Assembly: GCA_030867685.1 (NCBI GenBank)
Contig: JAQOWU010000008.1
Span: 1-64,000 of the forward strand
Length of the DNA stretch: 64,000 bases
Direction: 5' to 3'
From: Wickerhamiella versatilis
Taxonomy: Eukaryota
Shown here: positions 1-9,510 of the stretch, in pieces
How positions within the stretch are numbered: position 1 is the stretch's first letter
How the letters are laid out: each line of letters begins with the position of its first letter
Program-made: the position numbers and the translations under genes
Notes under the pieces: model-generated
What the model was told of the DNA's origin: nothing
Databases searched by the model: none
The model's input: only the letters and a program-made list of their open reading frames with translations

Positions 1-1061
1 CCCTGTCTCGCAGGTAGGCATGCGTATAAGTGAACAGAGCCATATATAACCAGCACAATAATAGTTGACAAGTAGACAAAGTATGTCAAGCTCTTGTCTT
101 CCATGAGATATTTCAGGCCGATAAAGTGATTTACAGTTATTTCTGGATATTTTCCAGAGATTTTTTCTAGGGATTGAGACTCATCGCGCCAAGCGCTCAA
201 AAAATTGAATGTAAACATGGTTGTAACACATATGATAATGGAATATAGCAGTGAATTACGATAATAAACACCACACATGAGTGGGTCATTGTGCCATGAA
301 AACCAATACCATGGTCTATAATTATAATCACCATGTAATCCATCTTTAAGTGGTGAAGTAGTGATAACAATACATGACCAGAAGAAATTGGATATATTGA
401 GTAGCATATCGAATTTGCTGGCTGTTATGTCTTGGAAACCAATCGCATTAAGCAGCATGACTATAACCGAAGTAGCACATAGTCCTCCTAAAGGCAGGAT
501 GTCCGCTAAGTACGTTCTGTTAAATTTCTCTTGCATCATTGAAACGACCCATAACAAACAGCACAAAAGGGTTATGATCGAGAAAATATAGCGCCAACAA
601 GACAAGTCAGCTTTCACTTCCGAAGGGAGAACGTTCAGTGTGACATAAGTTAACGCCGTGCATTCTAGCGTTTCACGTATCGCACCGGCACTACCCCCAG
701 ATATATCTATAAAAATAATAGTAGACGCGTACCCACATAATTGCATAGCGCAGAGCAGAAGCAAATTTACGAGAGGTGGCATGTCGCTGCCAAATATAAC
801 CAGTATTGCAGATAAAATACAGAAAGAAACTTGTAAAACTGTCAATAAGGAAAATACAATGGGACCCACTCGTAAAAAGAAACCTTTCCACCCGTAGTTT
901 ATCCATTTCCCTGTATAATGACCATCGGTGAGAGATCCTTGGTCATTGGTGAAAAGATGCTTGAATATCATCATTAAATAGAGCAACATGTAGAAAGATC
1001 GATCGCCTTGCTTAACCCATGCATAAATGCTTGTGGCCACAATTGACAAGCCCTCATACAT
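1..1061 (-). CDS. Orphan multi-pass membrane protein, partial (runs off the left edge; missing from the ORF track)
   Basis: Manual translation from ATG at 1061 (MYEGLSIVATSIYAWVKQGDRSFYMLLYLMMIFKHLF...) stays open for 353 codons to the window edge. It has many hydrophobic segments and no recognisable family motif. Confidence 0.6.
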   Translation of the reverse strand, partial: MYEGLSIVATSIYAWVKQGDRSFYMLLYLMMIFKHLFTNDQGSLTDGHYTGKWINYGWKGFFLRVGPIVFSLLTVLQVSFCILSAILVIFGSDMPPLVNLLLLCAMQLCGYASTIIFIDISGGSAGAIRETLECTALTYVTLNVLPSEVKADLSCWRYIFSIITLLCCLLWVVSMMQEKFNRTYLADILPLGGLCATSVIVMLLNAIGFQDITASKFDMLLNISNFFWSCIVITTSPLKDGLHGDYNYRPWYWFSWHNDPLMCGVYYRNSLLYSIIICVTTMFTFNFLSAWRDESQSLEKISGKYPEITVNHFIGLKYLMEDKSLTYFVYLSTIIVLVIYGSVHLYACLPARQ

Positions 1062-1482
1062 TGTTTAGGTTGTTCAAGACAAAGAAACAAAATGAGACGT
1101 AATGTAGCTGAGTAAGTAAGGAACGAAGTTCTCACTTATTAATATTGCAAGATGCAGTAATCTCGCATATCCCGTGGTCATGTTGCACGGTTTGAAAAAA
1201 TTCAGATCGCCTCGAATTGGTCAAGGTCAAAAACTTATAAGATAGGACTAAGTACTAAAAGATTAATTGGTCGCTTTTTAGTGGGATCCGTGTACTTCTA
1301 TGGACTTTTAAGAATCAACCGGCGTCGCAGGAATGGAAATTATGACAAAGCCACATGGGGAAGTCTGGGGTATGATGAAAAATGTGAAGCGGGTGATCTT
1401 AATCCATCATTCATTTATAATATATAGGCTGAAGAGATTTATATTGCCGACACAATCTCAAAGCATGCCAAGATGTTGTCGA

Positions 1483-1691
1483 CTATTCGTGGGGAATGCA
1501 GGCGTGGCATTGCGTAATACGTCATATATGTAAGCAACCGAAGCATGGCGCTAAAAGGGCAATACGAAGACTGTTCGTGATAGGGAACAGTGAATGTGTA
1601 TCCTTTATTTATAGAGAACACAACGTACGTACGGTATAACTTGACATTGATCTCAGGTGGGCTATCTTGCATTGTCCAACCAGTTTCAGGT
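1483..1691 (+). repeat. Dispersed repeat family A, copy 1 (about 200 bp, ending in a 41-bp unit at 1651-1691)
   Basis: Exact 25-bp match CTATTCGTGGGGAATGCAGGCGTGG with 12416-12440, patchy similarity downstream, then a 41-bp unit about 170 bp later in both copies. Confidence 0.8.
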
Positions 1692-1736
1692 TGTTATTAA
1701 TAATAAATATTAGGTGTTCGAGCGGGATTTGGTCAG

Positions 1737-2864
1737 ATGTCTGTGACTGGTGAATCGGACAAATGGGTATTCTCATGGTCTAACCAGCATCAGAGAACAG
1801 ACGAGGAGTGTCTACTACAGCTTACTCCTATGGCTACAATCGGTATCGTGTCCTTATTTTCAGGGATGCTCGTGCTTCTCCTTATATATATACATGAACG
1901 AAGTGGGTTTAACGACCCAGTGGCCTTCAAGAATGGATTTTTGCGGATATTAGATATTCGCTGCCAACCTGTTGACCATTTTCAAGCATTGTTCGCATCT
2001 GCAGTAGGAATTGGATCATGTAACTTGTTTACTGAATTATTATCTCCGGTAAAAGCATGGTTGGGGTTTTGGATTGATCACCAAAGATCACTAACTATCT
2101 CCATACTACTTTATTTGGCTTTAATATCTTTACACTTGATTACCTTTATCTCCAGGACGGCTATCATCCCAGCTGTATTAACACTTGTCTACAAGGCATC
2201 TGGAGGGGAAGGGCATCGCAACATCATTCTGGGAACCTTTGTAGTGAATGTTCTACTTCATATACTTTCAATATATTTTTCGAATGCTGAAATGAGAATA
2301 CCTACGGTATTTACAGTACTGATTAAAACGGTATCAATCCTTTCTTTAGCTGGTTTTTCGCTTTTGATACAAATGCCTATTGCTTTACGGGTAGCTAGGT
2401 TGCAAGTCAATACTACTAAACCATCGGTTACAAGCAAGAAGAAAACTATAATCATGCCGCTGTTAAAGGAAAAGCCAGTTGTCCTGGTTACTCTTGTCGT
2501 ATGCTTCTTCAATCAAGTTATTCGAACTGAGACATGTATTTCACACCTACTTGCTTCATGTACAAGCTGGATTCACATAGCTGCTTGTGGAATACTCGGA
2601 ATCCTTGGTGCAAAACATGGTATTTCTACTAGCGGTTTCCACTGGCATTGGCGGGCTTACTTGACCCCATTTATCTCGGTATTCGTTGTCAAAGTAATCC
2701 TTGCAAGTATAACTACGATGGCTGGTAAAATACCATCAAAACAGCAGTTAGATATGGCTATAACTGACATTGCAACTGGAGGTTCCTGCGGAGTCATATT
2801 CACTTATAGCTATTTCTTATTTGCGGAGCACTATGCAATACCAAGGGGATTTTGGGCTAATTGA
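1737..2864 (+). CDS. Orphan multi-pass membrane protein (375 aa)
   Basis: Long ATG-initiated ORF with many hydrophobic stretches and no recognisable motif. Confidence 0.6.
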   Translation: MSVTGESDKWVFSWSNQHQRTDEECLLQLTPMATIGIVSLFSGMLVLLLIYIHERSGFNDPVAFKNGFLRILDIRCQPVDHFQALFASAVGIGSCNLFTELLSPVKAWLGFWIDHQRSLTISILLYLALISLHLITFISRTAIIPAVLTLVYKASGGEGHRNIILGTFVVNVLLHILSIYFSNAEMRIPTVFTVLIKTVSILSLAGFSLLIQMPIALRVARLQVNTTKPSVTSKKKTIIMPLLKEKPVVLVTLVVCFFNQVIRTETCISHLLASCTSWIHIAACGILGILGAKHGISTSGFHWHWRAYLTPFISVFVVKVILASITTMAGKIPSKQQLDMAITDIATGGSCGVIFTYSYFLFAEHYAIPRGFWAN

Positions 2865-3141
2865 GACCTAATTCAATCTAGTCTATAGCAACCTTCTAAT
2901 GAGATTTAAGCTTCGTAAGACATATTAAATCTGATCCTATTGTTTCCATCTCGCCCAGTAAAGTATGTTTTCACTGGCAGTTCAGTTAAACTAGATGTAT
3001 ATGGTTCTAGGTGAAGAACGCTTAGCATTGCTTTTGAAACTGATTTATTACGGAATTAGCTTATACACCAGTGCAAGTGCGCATATTTATTCTGAAATGA
3101 TCTATGAATGCAAAGAAAAGTTGAGACATATCCTGTTATAT

Positions 3142-3635
3142 AGTGGGCTATCTTGCATTGTCCAACCGTCTCAGTAGTGAAGTGGGCTATCTTGCATTGT
3201 CCAACCAGTCTCAGGTAGTGAAGTGGGCTATCTTGCATTGTCCAACCAGTCTCAGGTAGTGAAGTGGGCTATCTTGCATTGTCCAACCAGTCTCAGGTAG
3301 TGAAGTGGGCTATCTTGCATTGTCCAACCAGTCTCAGGTAGTGAAGTGGGCTATCTTGCATTGTCCAACCAGTCTCAGGTAGTGAAGTGGGCTATCTTGC
3401 ATTGTCCAACCAGTCTCAGGTAGTTAGTGAAGTGGGCTATCTTGCATTGTCCAACCAGTCTCAGGTAGTGAAGTGGGCTATCTTGCATTGTCCAACCAGT
3501 CTCAGGTAGTGAAGTGGGCTATCTTGCATTGTCCAACCAGTCTCAGGTAGTGAAGTGGGCTATCTTGCATTGTCCAACCAGTCTCAGGTAGTGAAGTGGG
3601 CTATCTTGCATTGTCCAACCAGTCTCAGGTAGTGA
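3142..3635 (+). repeat. Tandem array of 12 x 41-bp unit AGTGGGCTATCTTGCATTGTCCAACCAGTCTCAGGTAGTGA (candidate interstitial telomeric array)
   Basis: Counted directly: 10 perfect 41-bp copies, a first copy of 39 bp (two 1-bp deletions), and a 7th copy of 45 bp (TAGT duplication). No spacers. Confidence 0.97.
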
Positions 3636-4192
3636 GAGAACACCGAGAATCATTATTCACTGAGTTACCTGCACCACTGGATTTCGCCATGAAAAATGGC
3701 TCGATAGGAGCTTTGGGGAAAATATTTTTTCGTTTTCAAAATCCTTGGTGGATAGAAGACCATCGCTTCCTTGTGATTGACCCCAATGGTGGATGTCCAG
3801 TAGCTTTTACTAATGCTTATAAGTTCAAAGGTGTTCCAGCGCTTGTAGCATTAGTTGCTCCACCGTTAACATATATGATCGAGGATAACCCTGATGAAGC
3901 CTTCCAGTTATTAAAGAAGTATTTGGAAGCTCTTCGAGTGGATGTTACACAGCCAATTCCGAACCCTAAACATATCGCTGTTACAGATTGGACTCTGAAT
4001 GAGTATTTTCTCGGGAGTTATTCTGGTATTGAAGTGGGACAATGCGCGGACGATTTGGTTACACCTTTTGAAGACGGAGCAGGTTCTATCAGGTTCGCAG
4101 GCGAACACACGACTTTAGAGGGTGTTGGTTGTATGCACGGTGCCTTCATATCAGGATAGCGAGAGGCAAATTTTATCTTGAATAGCATGTAA
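3636..4192 (+). pseudogene. C-terminal fragment of a flavin amine/polyamine oxidase (Fms1-like)
   Basis: Contains GALGKIFFRFQNPWW, VTDWTLNEYFLGSYS and FAGEHT...GCMHGAFISG*REA. The N-terminal FAD-binding half is replaced by the repeat array. An in-frame TAG at 4157-4159 falls inside the HGAxxSGxREA motif, and the frame continues to TAA at 4190-4192. Confidence 0.85.
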
Positions 4193-4280
4193 GTTCGTTC
4201 GCTCTAACAGAGTCGTCTAGAGAGTGAAGTATGTTGCACTGTAAAAGCAAGACAAAAGAGAAAAAAACTAAATTTTTCAT

Positions 4281-4349
4281 TGGACTACCTTGCATTGTTG
4301 CATGGTCCAACCAGTCTCAGGTAGTGAAGTGGACTATCTTGTACTGTCC
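4281..4349 (+). repeat. Degenerate 41-bp unit, about 1.6 copies
   Basis: TGGACTACCTTGCATTGTTGCATGGTCCAACCAGTCTCAGGTAGTGAAGTGGACTATCTTGTACTGTCC. Confidence 0.9.
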
Positions 4350-4785
4350 TTCATCCAATGAATATTTATTTCGTCAATATTATATGTACACGCGAATTAG
4401 CCTCACGACGCGCTAATCTGCATGATCTAATTACGTAGATTTTTATCTTATTATTCAGCGTTGGATTTTCCGCATGCTACATCGAGAATTCTGTAAATTA
4501 TTGTATTTTTTATAACCTATCTGTGTTTGTGGTTTATATTGTTCTCTTTAATGATTCCACTATGCGCCTTTTGAAAAGTCAATATATGTTATACTTTTAT
4601 ACTTTGTAATTTGGTAATGTAATGCTGGGATTTTTATCCAAGCTAATGTAAAATAATTCAACGCTCAAAGAAGAATAATAGAAAATAGAACCTATAGAAA
4701 ATAAAAAAAAACACAATATTCTTTGTATTCAATTCAGTAGCACTTAGATAGAATCTTATAGCATTCATCACATATTCTTGTCCAC

Positions 4786-5065
4786 CACTCGGAACTGGAG
4801 CACGAAGTCGCTAATGACTAAATTCAAGAGCTTTGATGGCATCTGAGATTGTCCAATTCATGTGGAGTTAGAATAGTTAGAATACCTTACTCAATAGAAC
4901 TTGACATTGTTTCAGGGCTGAACACATGCTTTTTTCTCATGGAAATCCCTTAGATGGTATATTCCTTATACATAAATATTCATCTCATAAGACCATAAAT
5001 GCACAATATTACTGTGGAATATCTTGCATTTTCCAACCAGTCTCAGGTAGTGAAGTGGGCTTTCT
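4786..5065 (+). repeat. Dispersed repeat family B, copy 1 (ending in a 41-bp unit at 5014-5065)
   Basis: Shares CACTCGGAACTGGAGCAC, GAGATTGTCCAA and AAATATTCAT..ATAAGACCAT..TACTGTGG with 59848-60053. Confidence 0.8.
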
Positions 5066-5297
5066 ATACATTAGGCGAACGATAGGCCTTGCTTAATCTA
5101 GTGAAGATATAAAGGACTGAGCAATCTGCTGATCACGGCCTGTATACATTCAAAACTGGCTGAATGAACGAATAGATAATTTCAGCTCAGTACTTGTAGC
5201 TGACAGCATTATGAAGCTTCTATTGTCTGGATATGGTTTTGCTGATATCTGGGAGGTCTGCATCATGATTGTGCTCCTCGATAGAATAGGATGAAGC

Positions 5298-5505
5298 TCA
5301 CATTGTATACCTGAATTCGGAGTTTTCCAAATCCGTCAAATCAGCGAACTCCGGATTTTCAATTTCGGGAGGGAGCTTAGCACCTTGCTTGTTCCTGACC
5401 CAATTACGCCAAGCATTAAGAGACACTAGTAGGAGTGTCAAAACAAACGCGGCCGCTGTTGTCGCCGCCATACTTGTCTTCCCTGTTTGATAGACAGGGC
5501 ATCAA
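5298..5505 (-). pseudogene. 3' remnant of a Dal5-like allantoate/MFS permease
   Basis: The minus strand reads PVYQTGKTSMAATTAAAFVLTLLLVSLNAWRNWVRNKQGAKLPPEIENPEFADLTDLENSEFRYTM*. This matches the C-terminus of the permease at 35064-36656 (HPEFADLTDMENPEFRYAY). The rest of the gene is absent. Confidence 0.8.
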
Positions 5506-5524
5506 AGAATTACATAGTTTCAGA

Positions 5525-7514
5525 TCAACACCAAAATCTATATATACGGTACAGAAGACCTTTGGACCTGACGTACTCAGCATCGTCAATTATTTGCTGC
5601 TTGGTTTGCTCTAGATCAATATCCCTCAAACCCGTGGTTAGATCAATTTTTGTCGACTTAATGTATGGGCTCCAATCTTTATAATGTACTTTACCAAAGA
5701 GATAGAATGCAAGTACTACTGGTAGAGATAAGTAGCCGCCCTTAAAAAAAACTTTCAGCATCTGCAGATTCCCCCATAGGCCACATAGAGGTCCACCAGT
5801 CCACAATAAGAATAAATACACTAATGCCAAATCCGACTAATGACCCCCATATACCTGTACCCGCTTTCCAAGCAAGCTCGTCTAGTGAATGCCCCTGGGC
5901 TTTCATTGCCACACGGAACCTGACATGAGCTAGGCATATTGAGCCCCATGTAAATATTTGAGCAAGGCCACTAAACGCTAGCATCCAATCAAAAACATCG
6001 GAATACTTATCGGATGCCACGAGGAAACATAGAAGACCAAAGGTCATCGAGAGTGCGACGGCAACCAACGGTCGACCCTCACGATCGATGTAAGAGACAA
6101 ATTGAGGGAAGGGTGTCATACCCTCGGTTGCAAGAGCGGTTAAAGTCCGTGTACATCCATATACCGCGGCATTTGCAACAGAAAGTAGAGCGAGGAGAAT
6201 CACTGTGTTAAAAACGCTGGGAAGACCGCTCACTCCCGCTCTTTGAATAGCAATCACAAATGGAGAGCCAGTGCCTCCATTTCCAGTCCCCAATCGAGGG
6301 TCATCATAGGGCAGCACACATCCAATTACGATGGTAGATACAACATAGAACAGTATGACTCGCCAAAATATCTGTTTGACAGCTGCTGGTAGTGATCTGG
6401 TAGGGTTATCGGCCTCGGCAGCCGCAAGCCCCGCGAGTTCCGTGCCAGAAAAAGCAAATGCTGCATTTACTAACACAGAAAACACGCCCTTGACCGAGTT
6501 AGCAAATGCACCAGGGTCATGCCAATATCTACCACCAATATAGCCCGTTCCATCTATAGGATATTTGTAACCTGGTGCAGGAAGTTGATACCAATACTGA
6601 CCAAGAGCATATTTAGAGTAAAAATTTGTCCCATTAGGATTTATTCCATTCATGTACCAACAGGGTTGACTTGTATTTACGGAGCCGTTGGCAAAGAGAT
6701 GCCCACTGGATACCAGAACACTATCACTAGTATCTGGAAGATATTGGCAGTGTGGTTTCCCATCCTGTGTCCATCCAGGAACACCTGGGGTTCCACCAGC
6801 AGCCTGAATAATTCCAAAGATGCAGAATCCCACAACAGCCATTACTTTAATAATACTGAGGATGAACTCGGCCTCTCCGTATCCTCGAACCCCAAATACA
6901 TTTATCATGAGGATGAGTGACCAGAACAGAGCCACCCAGCCTGATGCATTTTGCCTTAGCACTGCGCCATTATTGTCGGATTGCCAATAGCTAATAGTCA
7001 TAGCGGTACCAATTAGCTCTAAGGGGACGGTGACAAGTTGGCTTAACGCATAGTTCCAGCCCATAGCGAAGCCCCATGATTTATCAATGAACCGTGATGA
7101 AAAAATGGAGAATGCACCACTCACGGGGTAACGGACCGCTAGTTCTCCTAAGGCATGCATAGTGCAAAATAAAAGTATTCCCATGACACTAAAACCGATC
7201 ACGACTGCGGCTGGGCCTCCTGTTTGATAATTATTTGCCGAGCCGATGAATAGACCGCTACCAATACTGCCGCCAATAGCAATCATCTGCAAATGTCGAT
7301 TCTTCAATCTCCGTTTGAGAGGGGATCGAGCAATTAGGATAGCGTTGATCTCATCCGGTTTCATACCAGTAGTGTCAACATCATTTATGTTGGCACGTTT
7401 GAAACCGCTGATTAGATTCTGTAGCCATCCCGCTTCAACCACAGTTGTAGTCCCTTCGTCCCAGTGGGTATCTTTCTGCAGACGATGCGACATATCCTTC
7501 TCAGTGACGCTCAT
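5525..7514 (-). CDS. General amino acid permease (APC/YAT family, Gap1-like) with an apparent +1 frameshift in an 8-nt homopolymer near 5744-5751
   Basis: Motifs LKNRHLQMIAIGGSIGSGL, GYGEAEF and FAFSGTELAG. The C-terminus, ending in the family FWC motif, lies in the overlapping ORF 5525-5830. Removing one T gives ESFFKGGY. Likely start MSVTEK at 7514. Confidence 0.9.
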
Positions 7515-7902
7515 TCTGAATGAAAGGCAGCTTGTGCTAGCTGCAAGTCTAATTGCTAATATATATTTATTTCGGGCCAATCAGGCGCATAATGACAAGA
7601 AACCCTTCCCCGATATTAGATCAGATTAACTTTATAAGTACACGTAAATATGTGCTAAGGAATCATCACTCCAGCTTGGTGGTCTCAAAGAAAATACTTT
7701 TTTAAGGCTACTAGTTGGTGTTATCCATCACTGATTCCGAAGAAGTCAAAAAAGATTAGTGAAGAGATCAATTACAAAGCACGATATCGGAATATCGGAA
7801 GATTGGAATATCCACGCTCTCTACTTAGACTATCTAAGCATCCTACTCATGAATTTCGATAATTGAACAAGAATGATCCCTTAACATTTTGTATAAATTA
7901 TT

Positions 7903-7938
7903 TTCAGGTGGGTACCTTGTCATATCCAGCCAGTATCA
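7903..7938 (+). repeat. Degenerate 41-bp unit upstream of the metC-like gene
   Basis: TTCAGGTGGGTACCTTGTCATATCCAGCCAGTATCA aligns to the consensus GTGGGCTATCTTGCATTGTCCAACCAGTCTCA. Confidence 0.55.
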
Positions 7939-8106
7939 TACCACCATCACCTGTCTCACTCCACTCCGAGCCGTTCCGTTCCGTTCAATTGATAAGCTTA
8001 GGTTTATGCGTCACAGCGTGATAACCTCTCATCGTATTCCGATTGTCTCTCAGGGAAAATTGTTTGATTTGCAACTGACTCAGGTTCCTAAGATAGGATA
8101 CTGGAT

Positions 8107-9225
8107 ATGCAAACATATCGGCAGCTGAATCCTCCTATTTACAGAGCTTCAACGATACTCTTTGACACTGTGGATCAGTTCCTCGCACGGTCAAACTATT
8201 TGTATGACGGTTACACGTATGGAGTCGGTGGTACCCCAACCATGCGAGAATTGGAGACAGTAGTTGCTGATATTGAAGGGGGTACCAGGTCGCTAGTGGT
8301 GCCATCAGGCTTGGCAGCTCTCACTCACTCACTTTTGGCATTCTGCAAAGCCGGAGATCACGTACTCGTTGTGGACTGTACATACAGTGGAAACAGAGAC
8401 TTTTGTCAAACTACTTTATCAGATATAAATATTGATGTGGAATTAATCCCTTCTTCGGCCAATACTATTGCTTCCAGTCTACGTCCAGAAACTCGTCTGG
8501 TGGTTTTAGAGTCACCTGGTTATTATACTATGGAAATTCAGGATATAGATTCAATCACCAGGGAAGCACACAACGCAGGCGCATTAGTATTGATTGACAA
8601 TAGTTGGGGATTTGGATTCTCTAAAATGTTTGAGCACGGAGTCGATATTAGTTGTGTTGCGCTGTCAAAATACGCTAGCGGAGCAGGAGACCTTTGCTTA
8701 GGTGCGATTACAGTGAAAGACGAAGGCTTGTTCAAATCACTGAAACGTTTTCTATATAATATCGGTGCAGCTGTTTCGTCTGAAGATGCTTACCTCGTTT
8801 TGAGAAGCTTACCCTCCTTGCAAACTCGGGTGCATGAGCACGCTCGTCGGGCCCAAGAAGTATCAAAATACCTTGCAGCACTTCCTGGAGTCGAAGTGGT
8901 GTTAAATCCAGTAATTCCTAGTGCGCCTTACCACGAGCGCTTTAAGAAATACTTCAGCTCAGGAAATGGTCTCTTCTCTGTGAAGTTTAAGGATTGCTCC
9001 CTGAGTAACCTGCGCAAGATGATTGATAGCTTCAGCCTTATCCGCATAGGTGCAAGCTGGGGGAGTGCACATAGTCTGGTTTCGATTACTCGCCCAGCTT
9101 CCAGTCGAACAATCGATGAGCATCCACAGGACAATTATTTAGTTAGATTCCACATTGGCCTTGAAAACTTCCAATGCATAATGGAAGACATAAAGAAAGG
9201 TATCAAACTGCTAAATCAAGGGTAG
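8107..9225 (+). CDS. metC: Cystathionine beta-lyase / cysteine-S-conjugate lyase, bacterial MetC type (Irc7-like)
   Basis: NPPIYRASTILF, GTPTMRELE, LESPG, IDNSW, PLP lysine in ALSKY, IGASWG, VRFHIGLE. Confidence 0.85.
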   Translation: MQTYRQLNPPIYRASTILFDTVDQFLARSNYLYDGYTYGVGGTPTMRELETVVADIEGGTRSLVVPSGLAALTHSLLAFCKAGDHVLVVDCTYSGNRDFCQTTLSDINIDVELIPSSANTIASSLRPETRLVVLESPGYYTMEIQDIDSITREAHNAGALVLIDNSWGFGFSKMFEHGVDISCVALSKYASGAGDLCLGAITVKDEGLFKSLKRFLYNIGAAVSSEDAYLVLRSLPSLQTRVHEHARRAQEVSKYLAALPGVEVVLNPVIPSAPYHERFKKYFSSGNGLFSVKFKDCSLSNLRKMIDSFSLIRIGASWGSAHSLVSITRPASSRTIDEHPQDNYLVRFHIGLENFQCIMEDIKKGIKLLNQG

Positions 9226-9510
9226 AAGTTAGGATAATTATAACCTAGAAGAATAGTGATTAGTTTAAGAGAATTCTTGGTGTCCTTAATACGTTCTACC
9301 TACGCTGGCGAAAATACGAGCGCCACTCTATACTGCTGGCCAGAAACCGACTTAGGCAAATATTATTATTTGTCATCAAAGGTCATTGACGAGTAGCACT
9401 ACAAAAAGTTCCACTCCTGTATACAAAAAGTTATTTGAGCCATTAAGACCTAGATCATATGATGTCTTTCATGAGAATCATTTAAGCACAAAAAAAAGAA
9501 TTGTTTTAAG

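Noticed and set aside
2995-3238. Short ORFs 2995-3177 and 3056-3238, and the similar 1439-1672, 4231-4416, 27425-27676 and 29831-30019
   Set aside because: Their shared peptides (MQDSP, SGLSCIVQP, GYLALSNQSQ) are just translations of the 41-bp repeat.
3142-3635. CRISPR array
   Set aside because: Units are head-to-tail with no unique spacers, there are no cas genes, and the context is eukaryotic.
3596-3635. GTG start of ORF 3596-4159 as a real gene start
   Set aside because: It lies inside the repeat array; the oxidase homology begins after the array.
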